From IMG/VR virus record IMGVR_UViG_3300044643_002008, positions 1-64,000 of that record: 64,000 nucleotides of DNA. One strand, given 5' to 3'. Shown one piece after another: positions 1 through 7,609 of this stretch (positions are counted from its first letter, which is position 1; each line of letters begins with the position of its first letter). The notes under the pieces are model-generated. The model was given only the letters and a program-made list of their open reading frames with translations. It was not told the DNA's origin and searched no databases. The position numbers were made by a program, and so were the translations under genes. This DNA is from a virus.

Positions 1-457
1 GGGCCTGGGGATGCTGCATCCTAAAACCCGATGTCCGGGGCTCCCGCCATGCGAAAAAAAATGACGGTGGTGGATGAGAGAAATTTTTTCTGCTTCCCTG
101 GCCGTGCGACCCACCCCGGTGCTACCTTGTCAATCCACAACTGACAGACGCATGGCCTCGTAGGGATTCTGACCCCTGCAGGTGTAACACACGGGGACGT
201 GGGCGTAGCCTCGCGTCCAAGCTCGTGAGATACATACGGAAGCGCGCCAAGTTGTAAGTCGAGGTTCAGCGCGAGAACGTAACTCGAAGCAAGGTGTCGG
301 TCCATCAATCAACGGCGACCTTTAGAAATTGTCTATAAACCGTGGGGGGCCTAAGACAACTCTGTCCAAAACCAAATCTCCTGTCGACTGACGCGGTCGA
401 GTACCAAGATTTTCTAGTCGGAACATAGAGCTGCTACAAACAAACGCCAGTTACTCG

Positions 458-486
458 TTGACCTCCCAAGCACCTGGGGGTAGGAT
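458..486 (+). promoter_or_regulatory. SigA/sigma70-type promoter
   Basis: TTGACC-N17-TAGGAT, followed by ATG at 500. Confidence 0.65.
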
Positions 487-499
487 GTCCTTACCACTT

Positions 500-898
500 A
501 TGCCAAAAGATGAAACACTTTTCGACTGGCCAGATGCGCCGAACCCCAAGAAGAGCTCCAAGTCGCGCCCGCAGAAAGCGGCCCTGGTGGCGGAAGAGCT
601 CATCGAGCAGGTCTTCCAGCACTGGGTACTGACCTGTCGGAGCGGTCGAGGACCAAAGCCGGCGATGTCGGACCAGCGGATAGTCGTCATCGGCGCTGCA
701 ATCCACGACTACGGGGTCAAGACATGCCTGGACGCCATCACTGGATGTAGCTTCAGCGACTGGCACATGGGCCAAAACCCACAGGGCAAGAAGTACAACG
801 ACGTCGAGCTGATATTCCGGAACGCCCAGAACATCGAGCGCTTCGCCGGCATGGCAATGGACAGGCAATCTGGAGGAGGATTCCTTGACGAAGACTGA
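500..898 (+). CDS. Putative replication initiator/replisome-organizer-like protein
   Basis: C-terminal SDWHMGQNPQGKKYNDVELIFRNAQNIERF resembles phage initiator C-termini, and it is coupled to a helicase-loader-like gene. Start moved to ATG 500 because a promoter overlaps the longer ORF start. Confidence 0.5.
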   Translation: MPKDETLFDWPDAPNPKKSSKSRPQKAALVAEELIEQVFQHWVLTCRSGRGPKPAMSDQRIVVIGAAIHDYGVKTCLDAITGCSFSDWHMGQNPQGKKYNDVELIFRNAQNIERFAGMAMDRQSGGGFLDED

Positions 899-1373
899 AC
901 TAGTTGAACTCGTAGACCGCGTCTATGCAACCTGGAACCAGGTAGTGCCTCAGTCGTCCGCCAAAGTCATCTACGAAGCTTGGTGGCGTCTACTCAGTGA
1001 CCTTCGTCTTGAGGACTGTCACCGTTCACTCGACTCTTTAGCAATTGCCGACAGCTACATGCCGCGTCCAGGCGCTCTACGGAAGTACGTAGTCCTCCAA
1101 GACCAGAACAAGCAATACGGGTTGGCCCCCCAGCCCGCGGAGGCATGGGCCACACTACAGGCAGTAGGGGCAGCTTCAGCTCGAGGCGAATATGTTCAGG
1201 TACGTCTTCACCCATGTGTACAGAAAGCAGTAGCTCTTCTGGGGGGCACTGCTGCCCTAGCGCTTCACACCAACGGGGACCGGAACTCATTCACAGAAGT
1301 ATACAAGGAAGTGCTCGAAGCCTGGGAGATTGAACTAGCTCAATTGCCTAGCAACGAAACATCCGGTAAATAA
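885..1373 (+). CDS. Putative helicase loader/inhibitor (SPP1 G39P-like N-terminus)
   Basis: MTKTELVELVDRVYATW...AWWRLLSDL...YMPRPGALR pattern; overlaps the upstream gene. Confidence 0.5.
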   Translation: MTKTELVELVDRVYATWNQVVPQSSAKVIYEAWWRLLSDLRLEDCHRSLDSLAIADSYMPRPGALRKYVVLQDQNKQYGLAPQPAEAWATLQAVGAASARGEYVQVRLHPCVQKAVALLGGTAALALHTNGDRNSFTEVYKEVLEAWEIELAQLPSNETSGK

Positions 1374-1415
1374 AACCAGGAACTAAACAACCGGAAGAAA
1401 ACATCCGGAAGAAAA
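1356..1415 (+). repeat. Four imperfect ~14-bp direct repeats (consensus AAACA[T/A]CCGGAAGA)
   Basis: AAACATCCGGTAAAT / AAAACCAGGAACT / AAACAACCGGAAGA / AAACATCCGGAAGA, ending just before ATG 1417. Confidence 0.7.
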
Positions 1416-1416
1416 G

Positions 1417-1611
1417 ATGGCCAACATGAAAACCCGAATGGGACGACCTCCCAAAATTGACGCGAACAAAACAACCACACTCACCGTCCGCCTCTCGCCA
1501 GCAGACAAGAAGCTCGTCTGCGAGCTAGCCGATGGCTACGACATGACACTGACTGAGTACCTGATGACACTGGTCCACCGAGATGCCTCGACAGCCTCAG
1601 CCGGCGAATAA
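1417..1611 (+). CDS. Ribbon-helix-helix DNA-binding protein
   Basis: GRPPK then TLTVRLSPADKKLVCELADGYDMTLTEYLMTLV, a typical RHH pattern. Confidence 0.7.
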   Translation: MANMKTRMGRPPKIDANKTTTLTVRLSPADKKLVCELADGYDMTLTEYLMTLVHRDASTASAGE

Positions 1612-1927
1612 CCCACAAGGGGACTACAACATGGTTGTACGAGTCCCCGGGTGGCTAAAGAACCAAATCATCGCCCACTGCAAGAAACACAAAATATCCC
1701 TCAACGAGTGGATGGCCTCCAGGCTCTACGCCGACCTACTAGCCGACAAGGGTGTGCCGGAACCACCCCAGGCAGCAACGCCGCTCCCTACGCCGGCCCA
1801 TCAGATACGCGCCTGGGCAACCGGGGAAAAGCTGCTCATGCCCTGCGGACGAACCGACTGCACCCCCGAGCTCGAACACGTCGCGAACATCCCATACTGC
1901 AAGGAGTGCAAAATCAGGGTCGGGTAA
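1583..1927 (+). CDS. Arc/RHH-like DNA-binding protein with C-terminal Cys (Zn) motif
   Basis: MVVRVPGWLKNQIIAHCKKHKISLNEWMASRL plus CGRTDC...CKEC. Confidence 0.6.
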   Translation: MPRQPQPANNPQGDYNMVVRVPGWLKNQIIAHCKKHKISLNEWMASRLYADLLADKGVPEPPQAATPLPTPAHQIRAWATGEKLLMPCGRTDCTPELEHVANIPYCKECKIRVG

Positions 1928-2005
1928 ATTGTCTTTTGTCAATTACAAAATCGCGGAAAGTTCTGACCGACGCGCGCCAGCTATCATTTTGACGGGTTTT
2001 AACCC

Positions 2006-2034
2006 TTGACTTTCGGTTCTTGCGGACATATTCT
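2006..2034 (+). promoter_or_regulatory. SigA-type promoter, leaderless
   Basis: TTGACT-N17-TATTCT, 6 nt before ATG 2041. Confidence 0.7.
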
Positions 2035-2040
2035 GCCTAC

Positions 2041-2259
2041 ATGAGCAAATTCACCCCTGAATCCCTAAAGAAGTACATCGGCAAATCAGTCGACATCAAG
2101 CAGTTTGGGGCTTACGTGTACATAAACGAGCGGGCTGTACGTATCGACGGTAACTCGCTCATCACTGAGTATTACCACCACATCAAAACCCGAGAAGACG
2201 GTTTGCTGCGCGACCACTGGATTGACATCAAAACCATCGAAGACATTAGGCTTCGTTAA
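2041..2259 (+). CDS. Hypothetical protein
   Basis: ORF directly after a consensus promoter; ATG 2041. Confidence 0.65.
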   Translation: MSKFTPESLKKYIGKSVDIKQFGAYVYINERAVRIDGNSLITEYYHHIKTREDGLLRDHWIDIKTIEDIRLR

Positions 2260-2269
2260 GGGGTCCCTT

Positions 2270-2422
2270 TTACTTCGTCATAATCAGGGCTAGGACGTAC
2301 AAAGGCACTACGACTCCCCAGAACAGTACGACGAACCCTTGAATTGTCGGTCCTGTCTTCCCATGCCCAATCGGTCCTATCCACCAGGATTTGTCCGTGA
2401 TTTTCAGCCGGCGATTCTTCAT
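2270..2422 (-). CDS. Small membrane protein (50 aa)
   Basis: ATG overlaps the TGA of the upstream gene (ATGA); C-terminal hydrophobic helix FVVLFWGVVVPLYVLALIM. Confidence 0.55.
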   Translation of the reverse strand: MKNRRLKITDKSWWIGPIGHGKTGPTIQGFVVLFWGVVVPLYVLALIMTK

Positions 2423-2967
2423 GCTTTTCCTGTTCCTCCACACTGGTAGCAGACGTACCCTGTGTGCATCCATTTGTCGGCTTTCCCAGCTCCCCCACAG
2501 CGCCAGCAGATTCCGTTGCTTTTGTACTCCACGAGCTCTTTCTTGCGGTTCTTCTGTCCGATGCGCTTGCGAAGCTCAGTCTGGACATGGAGAGCCTCAT
2601 ACAAATCGAGCTCTGCCAGAGTCTTGTCTCCTGCAATCTTAGTGATAACTGCCTGGAGTGAGCGAACGTTTGCTTTCTTGCCCAAGGCTTCAAGCTCCCC
2701 CCCTTCAATCAGACTCTTAAGAAGGTTCTCCCTACGGATGTTCTCTTCCTCCATAGCTTTGGCTTCCATCTCCGCGATGATGCACTCGGCAGTTTTGGTT
2801 GGGCCGTCATGCATACTGTTCCATTCACGTGCACAGATGTACCCCAGAGACGCGTTTGGCCACCGGATGAGCTCTCCACACCATGTGGCACCAAAGTCGT
2901 AGATGCCTTCTCCCGCTGGAACGAACCCGTCGCAGCTCTTGCAATAACCCTTGTAGCGATTAATCAT
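2419..2967 (-). CDS. Zn-finger protein (DnaJ-type CxxCxGxG repeats)
   Basis: CKSC at the N-terminus; CWRCGGAG and CYQCGGTG at the C-terminus. Start set at ATG 2967, downstream of the promoter. Confidence 0.7.
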   Translation of the reverse strand: MINRYKGYCKSCDGFVPAGEGIYDFGATWCGELIRWPNASLGYICAREWNSMHDGPTKTAECIIAEMEAKAMEEENIRRENLLKSLIEGGELEALGKKANVRSLQAVITKIAGDKTLAELDLYEALHVQTELRKRIGQKNRKKELVEYKSNGICWRCGGAGKADKWMHTGYVCYQCGGTGKA

Positions 2968-2974
2968 GTCTGTG

Positions 2975-3003
2975 ATTATAAACAGAGCTTTAGGGAATTG
3001 CAA
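2975..3003 (-). promoter_or_regulatory. SigA-type promoter, leaderless
   Basis: TTGCAA-N17-TATAAT on the minus strand, 7 nt before ATG 2967. Confidence 0.75.
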
Positions 3004-3006
3004 ATC

Positions 3007-3687
3007 CTACGCGTTGTCGATTTGCTGAGCTATCCACTTCGCCACAGGGCTGACGACCCCATTCCCGCACATCTTGTAGCGCTGGGTATCCGAAACGACG
3101 CTTCCATTCACCCGTAAGAGGGTATGCCCCATTGGCCACCCCATAACCATTTCCACCTCTGAAGGGGTAAGTTTGCGGATTCGCCCCACCCCATTGGCGT
3201 CAACCTGGGTCACCAGGGGGACATTGTTGCCGCCTGTGCCCATTCGAGCTTTGAGGGTTGGGTAGATGTATTCGTACACCCGGACGTTGGAAACCCGTGT
3301 TCCATCCACGATATAGGGGTGAACAGACTCAATCCGGTGGATAGTTCCGTTCTCTACAGACTCAAGGATGTCCCTGACCACCTGGGGAATTGTGCTGGAG
3401 TGAGCGCGACGAAGTATCCCGGCTGCGGCTTTCTGCGAGAGGAAGTACTTCGATGGGACTGTATTCACGTCCTGGAGTGTAAAGACGGGCCACAACGAAG
3501 ACTCGTCGCCGGTGCTGGGGTACTCCGAAGTATTCCGCATTGAGGATTCCCCATTCAATGTGATTCGCCCCCAGTTTTGCCATTTCGGCCAAGACTGCCT
3601 CAAAGTCGTCACCGTCTCGACTGCTAAGTGCTCCGACGACGTTTTCCCAGATAACCCATTGGGGGTATTGATTTCCTGTTGCATCAC
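3007..3687 (-). CDS. C5-cytosine DNA methyltransferase, C-terminal subunit (EcoHK31I-beta-like segment, TRD, motifs IX-X)
   Basis: NTSEYPS...SSL...VPSKYFLSQKAAAGILRRA; RKLTPSEVEMVMGWP (IX); RYKMCGNGV (X). AAGGAG lies just upstream of the GTG/ATG at 3687/3684. Confidence 0.8.
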   Translation of the reverse strand: MMQQEINTPNGLSGKTSSEHLAVETVTTLRQSWPKWQNWGRITLNGESSMRNTSEYPSTGDESSLWPVFTLQDVNTVPSKYFLSQKAAAGILRRAHSSTIPQVVRDILESVENGTIHRIESVHPYIVDGTRVSNVRVYEYIYPTLKARMGTGGNNVPLVTQVDANGVGRIRKLTPSEVEMVMGWPMGHTLLRVNGSVVSDTQRYKMCGNGVVSPVAKWIAQQIDNA

Positions 3688-3994
3688 GCATCTCCTTGAT
3701 TACTCGTGTGGCTTCGAAGAACATTGATGAACGGTCCCCGCCGAAGCCTTTGCGGGTGCCGGCGAGTGAAAGGTCCTGGCATGGACTACCGAAAGAGATG
3801 GCGTCTACCGGGGTGAGCTCATCTCCCTTAACGTTTGTAACGTCCAGGTACTTAGGGATGTCGGGCCAGTTCTTCTGGAGGACGTCTTGACAGTCCTTAT
3901 CCCATTCAACCTGCCAGCGGCATTCCCATCCTGCTAGTTCTAGTCCTATGTCGAACCCTCCGGCTCCGGAGAATATGCTTCCAAACGTGGTCAT
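3362..3994 (-). CDS. C5-cytosine DNA methyltransferase, N-terminal catalytic subunit (motifs I-VIII)
   Basis: FSGAGG (I), GSPCQDLS (IV), WENV (VI), QHRRRVF (VIII). The ORF stops before motifs IX and X. Confidence 0.9.
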   Translation of the reverse strand: MTTFGSIFSGAGGFDIGLELAGWECRWQVEWDKDCQDVLQKNWPDIPKYLDVTNVKGDELTPVDAISFGSPCQDLSLAGTRKGFGGDRSSMFFEATRVIKEMRDATGNQYPQWVIWENVVGALSSRDGDDFEAVLAEMAKLGANHIEWGILNAEYFGVPQHRRRVFVVARLYTPGREYSPIEVLPLAESRSRDTSSRSLQHNSPGGQGHP

Positions 3995-4002
3995 AGTTAG
4001 GC

Positions 4003-4046
4003 ATCTTATATGTCCCCTTGCGCTAATGCAAGTGGCTCGCTACGAT
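4003..4046. promoter_or_regulatory. Overlapping divergent promoter pair
   Basis: Minus strand: TTGCAT(4031-4026)-N17-TAAGAT(4008-4003), 8 nt to ATG 3994. Plus strand: TTGCGC(4018)-N17-TACGAT(4041), 6 nt to ATG 4053. Confidence 0.7.
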
Positions 4047-4052
4047 AAAGAC

Positions 4053-4502
4053 ATGCTTACTGAACTATCTAACACTGATGCCCTAAAAATCTCTTGCGAC
4101 GCCTTGGCTCATGGAGTAAATATGAAATCCGCTATGGCTGGTGGGATTGCCCGCGAAATCGCCAAGATGTACCCTCGAGCCGAACAGTTGTACAACCTTT
4201 GTTGCAACGAAGAACGTGCCCGTCTTGGTGGAGTCTTCGCCTGCGACATCAACTCCGGTGAAGAAGAAGGTCCATACCGTCTCTACAATCTCTTTACCCA
4301 GATTGAGCCAGGTCGAGATGCTCGCATTACAGCTCTTGAGGTTTCAGTTAATCGTATGCACGATATGGCTGTTGGTGCAGGCGTAGAGACCATTGCTATG
4401 CCTCGCATTGGTTGCGGTATCGGTGGGCTTGATTGGGAAGATGTGAAGCCCATTCTGACTGCCGCTTCTGGCAATCTGAACTTCATCGTCTGTACTCTTT
4501 AG
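4053..4502 (+). CDS. Macrodomain protein (TARG1/Poa1p-like ADP-ribose processing fold)
   Basis: LAHGVN..SAMAGGIA, YNLFTQ, IAMPRIGCGIGGLDWEDV. Confidence 0.85.
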   Translation: MLTELSNTDALKISCDALAHGVNMKSAMAGGIAREIAKMYPRAEQLYNLCCNEERARLGGVFACDINSGEEEGPYRLYNLFTQIEPGRDARITALEVSVNRMHDMAVGAGVETIAMPRIGCGIGGLDWEDVKPILTAASGNLNFIVCTL

Positions 4503-4849
4503 CCTTCGCCCCACATCTGGGCGAGCGTAGGTCTCGTAGGTCCAACGCCTCTTCTCTTCTGTTCGGCAGCTAGTTGTCTACTTGTCAACCCTGCCCAAAC
4601 TCCATGCATATCGGCTGCCGGAAACTCAAGTGCGTACTCTAAACACTCTTTGCTGACGGTGCACTCAGAACAGATGCTTCTTGCTGTCTGAATGTAGCTA
4701 ATGTCCTTGTGGCCATTGGGAAACATGAGGTTTGTTTTCCCTCGGCAATTAGCGTTGGCCATCCATGCTGAAGTTTGTATAGCAAGACCTTTAAGAAGGT
4801 TGGGTTGTTTTCTTCCGGTTAAATTATTCCGGTTGTTTTGTTCTGACAT
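4499..4849 (-). CDS. whiB: WhiB family Fe-S transcription factor
   Basis: WMANANC...ICSECTVSKECLEYAL...HGVWAG (four Cys plus the G[VI]W[GA]G motif). Confidence 0.92.
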   Translation of the reverse strand: MSEQNNRNNLTGRKQPNLLKGLAIQTSAWMANANCRGKTNLMFPNGHKDISYIQTARSICSECTVSKECLEYALEFPAADMHGVWAGLTSRQLAAEQKRRGVGPTRPTLAQMWGEG

Positions 4850-5450
4850 GATTCTCCTGAACGTAGGTTTGAAATGGACTCCCAGTACCTGGGTCGAACT
4901 TAGCCGCCACCCCCAGCGCCTTTAACAACATTTGCTTAGCCTGAGATATTGACATCTTCTTGGCACCGGCGAGAACCTGCATTGCTCCTAGTGCGTATGT
5001 GCAACCGGTACCCAATGCGTACACCCCAGAGCTGTCGTTCATCCATGAGTAATCAGAATCGATGACATAGACGCAGCCATTCACTATGACCATTAGCTGA
5101 CTGTCTTGTTCGGCCTTGTTAGGACCGGACTTATCTACTAGGACATATCCCTGCTCTTCGAAACAAGCTCTTAGTGCTGGAATAAATTTAGTGGTTATGA
5201 AGGAGTCCAGACGCTTTCCTTTAAGGGATGGTGCTGGAGCTGGGGGCTGGAATGCGTGATGAAGTATGTTTATCGCTCTTAAATCTCCGGCGGCCCCAAT
5301 CAAGTACTTGCCATTAGCTGCAATCTTGCTAGTGCCACCGCCGAGGGTTGCGATTTGATACGCGCTTCCGTCTTCGTTCAGTAGTGAGATTCTTGAGTCT
5401 GTTCCGACGACGGCAAACCCGTCCCCTTGAATTGCAACGATTGTTGTCAC
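4824..5450 (-). CDS. Proteasome beta/HslV-like Ntn threonine protease
   Basis: Start GTG 5450 (GTGA overlap) gives N-terminal TTIVAI...GTDSRIS; also KI, GAAG and ALGTG..YALGA. Confidence 0.85.
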   Translation of the reverse strand: MTTIVAIQGDGFAVVGTDSRISLLNEDGSAYQIATLGGGTSKIAANGKYLIGAAGDLRAINILHHAFQPPAPAPSLKGKRLDSFITTKFIPALRACFEEQGYVLVDKSGPNKAEQDSQLMVIVNGCVYVIDSDYSWMNDSSGVYALGTGCTYALGAMQVLAGAKKMSISQAKQMLLKALGVAAKFDPGTGSPFQTYVQENHVRTKQPE

Positions 5451-5671
5451 TGTGTGTCCCACCTGTCCGTTACGAAGCTGCGAACGACTTCTGTTATTCG
5501 GCGTTTGAAGAATGGGTCGACAATAGAGCCACGCATTTCTTCTGCAATATCAGGACGGATATCAAAGAGAAGGTTGAAGTAGACCTGTCCTATGCGCCAG
5601 TCTCCAGGGCTTGTCTTTTCATACTGGTCGAACTGTTCGTTGACGAGTTTTTCGAATTCCAGATATGTCAT
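5447..5671 (-). CDS. Hypothetical protein
   Basis: ORF coupled to the protease gene; WRIGQVYFNLL...DPF pattern. Confidence 0.7.
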   Translation of the reverse strand: MTYLEFEKLVNEQFDQYEKTSPGDWRIGQVYFNLLFDIRPDIAEEMRGSIVDPFFKRRITEVVRSFVTDRWDTQ

Positions 5672-5778
5672 TGCTCAAACCCTTATTTCATAAGCAAAAC
5701 ATAGGCAAATACAAAATACCAAGGAGTCAATGATGGCAATTTGGCGTAACTTTTCGAGCTTTGTTTCAATGATAGCAC

Positions 5779-6000
5779 TCACCATTTACCCCTGTTTACT
5801 GCCTCTAGGTGCTGTATTTCTGCAATCTTGCTGCTTACTTCTCTACTTAGACGTTCTATCTCTGCCTTGAGAGAGTCAATTTCAAGGCCTGCATCTATCA
5901 CTCTCTCTTCGAGCGTGTGCATATATTCGATTATCTTGGCTGGGTCGCCAAGGTTCTTTAGTCCTTTGACGCTAGATATACGATAAAGCCGGCCAAGCAT
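5779..6000 (-). CDS. Hypothetical coiled-coil protein
   Basis: Heptad pattern; same strand as neighbours. Confidence 0.55.
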   Translation of the reverse strand: MLGRLYRISSVKGLKNLGDPAKIIEYMHTLEERVIDAGLEIDSLKAEIERLSREVSSKIAEIQHLEAVNRGKW

Positions 6001-6031
6001 GACATTCCAATCAAATAAAGGGCGTTAACCA

Positions 6032-7282
6032 TTAGTCCAAAAGGTGGAGATTCCCCCACCCTTCCTCAGAGATGGTCATCGTTAGTGTTCCCGGACGTGT
6101 CTTTACTCCGTAGGCATCTTGGAAGTATTCGCCTACTGGGGTGAGACTTGGCGCAATAATTACCGCGCGGCCTTCTTGTTCCTTGACATTGAAGTGGTGG
6201 TAATGACCAACAACAAGAATGTCTGCATCGGCTACTCCGGCGTGTGCACGACCAAGAGTCTGGTCCTTCCACCAGTTCCATACAGCTTGTGCCGCGTTTG
6301 CCCCAGGCTTGGAAAGGTGACCGTGCGTAAATGCAACGTTCTTACCGGACAGATTTAGCGAAACGGTAAGACGCTCAAGAGGAAGCCTAAAACCTACGTG
6401 CCCATATGCATCAGGGTTTACGGAGAGGATTTCGGCTATCTGCTCGAAGATAGCAACATCGTCGTTGTCCCCAGTTGTGGTGAAAGCTTTGCCCTGGAGT
6501 CCACGGTTTTCGCCATGGTTGCCGCCCACCGCTGTCACAATCATCTTCTCGCAGTGAGGTGCTGTCGCCATGATGATATCACGGATGCCACGACGCACTA
6601 ATTTGAGCTGTTCGCGACGGTCAAGCTCTATGCGGAACTGCTGTGATGGGTAGTGCCCGCAGGTGCCTTCCATCAAATCGCCAAGGCCGGCGATAGCAAC
6701 CGTTCCGATGTTGTGCCCAGAACGGCGCAAATCCGCTAAACGCTGAGGAATTGAGTCGACCAATTGTGCTATCTTCTCAGCCTGGCGAGCTACTCCACCG
6801 CCATCACGGTTTCCGGTCTGCCAGTCAGAGAGCGTGACGAGGAAAGTTTCATCACCAGACTTAACAGCCTTTGTGGACTTCTTTGCCTTACGAGCTTCCT
6901 TGTAGAGCTCTTCAGGTATCTCAGACTTCTCGACCTTGCGCTTGAGGCGAATGTCAGCTTTGAACGAATAGCAGATTGCGCTATAGGCAGGCTCGTCTGG
7001 AGAGTCTTTGCGCCATCCGTCGTATGAGCACCAGCGGATTGTGTCGCCGGCGACTTCGTAGACGTCTGGGTCTAGTCCTCGGGCACGGAGAACGTCGTCC
7101 CACGACTTTGGCGTCTCATAGAGGGCGTCTGTGGTGACGCTTCCGGCTTTGCCATCCCAGACAACGCCTGGCTCCCATCCTGAAGGCTTTGGGCGAGACT
7201 TTATTGCGTCTTCGTGCTCAGCCTGGTGCTCGATTGCCGCCAGCCTATCTGCCAGCGACTTGCTCTTTTCATTTCGTGCCAT
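6032..7282 (-). CDS. Calcineurin-like metallophosphoesterase
   Basis: LSDWQ, GDLMEG, GNHGE, FTHGH and GHYH motifs. Confidence 0.85.
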   Translation of the reverse strand: MARNEKSKSLADRLAAIEHQAEHEDAIKSRPKPSGWEPGVVWDGKAGSVTTDALYETPKSWDDVLRARGLDPDVYEVAGDTIRWCSYDGWRKDSPDEPAYSAICYSFKADIRLKRKVEKSEIPEELYKEARKAKKSTKAVKSGDETFLVTLSDWQTGNRDGGGVARQAEKIAQLVDSIPQRLADLRRSGHNIGTVAIAGLGDLMEGTCGHYPSQQFRIELDRREQLKLVRRGIRDIIMATAPHCEKMIVTAVGGNHGENRGLQGKAFTTTGDNDDVAIFEQIAEILSVNPDAYGHVGFRLPLERLTVSLNLSGKNVAFTHGHLSKPGANAAQAVWNWWKDQTLGRAHAGVADADILVVGHYHHFNVKEQEGRAVIIAPSLTPVGEYFQDAYGVKTRPGTLTMTISEEGWGNLHLLD

Positions 7283-7526
7283 CGTCGTTATATCCTTTAC
7301 AGCGGCACCAGTTATTCCGGTGACTTCCGAGAGTGTCTCGGCCGATTTTGTATCCAGCTTTTGTCAGCTCGGAATGTATGTCTCTGGTTGATGCCGGCGA
7401 GGACAGAACGCGCGTAAACGCAGATTTTGTTTCTTCGTCGAACTTCGCCAGAAGTCGTCCTACAGGGCACAGGTCGCTTGACTCTTCGTCAGCCATCTTC
7501 GAAAATATTTCTCTAAGCTCTGTCAT
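7269..7526 (-). CDS. Small Cys/His-containing protein, possible HTH, coupled to the phosphoesterase
   Basis: CPVG...HRNNWCRC; overlaps the downstream gene start. Confidence 0.6.
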   Translation of the reverse strand: MTELREIFSKMADEESSDLCPVGRLLAKFDEETKSAFTRVLSSPASTRDIHSELTKAGYKIGRDTLGSHRNNWCRCKGYNDDGTK

Positions 7527-7609
7527 ATGACTCCCGACCAGTACGGTTCCACTGTTGTTCAGTGGTTTCCTGCAGTATACTCTAAGTCTTTTTGCTAGAG
7601 TCAAACATT

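Noticed and set aside
21-312. ORFs 21-308 and 130-312 on the minus strand
   Set aside because: No recognisable motifs or RBS; more likely chance ORFs in a non-coding region
3007-3994. Methyltransferase as a frameshifted pseudogene
   Set aside because: Both frames carry recognisable motifs within the 326-nt overlap and the second has its own RBS-like site. A simple indel would not explain this, though read-level checking is still needed.
5676-5782. Possible 31-35-aa ORFs in the minus-strand gap
   Set aside because: Two competing short frames with no supporting signal; cannot choose between them
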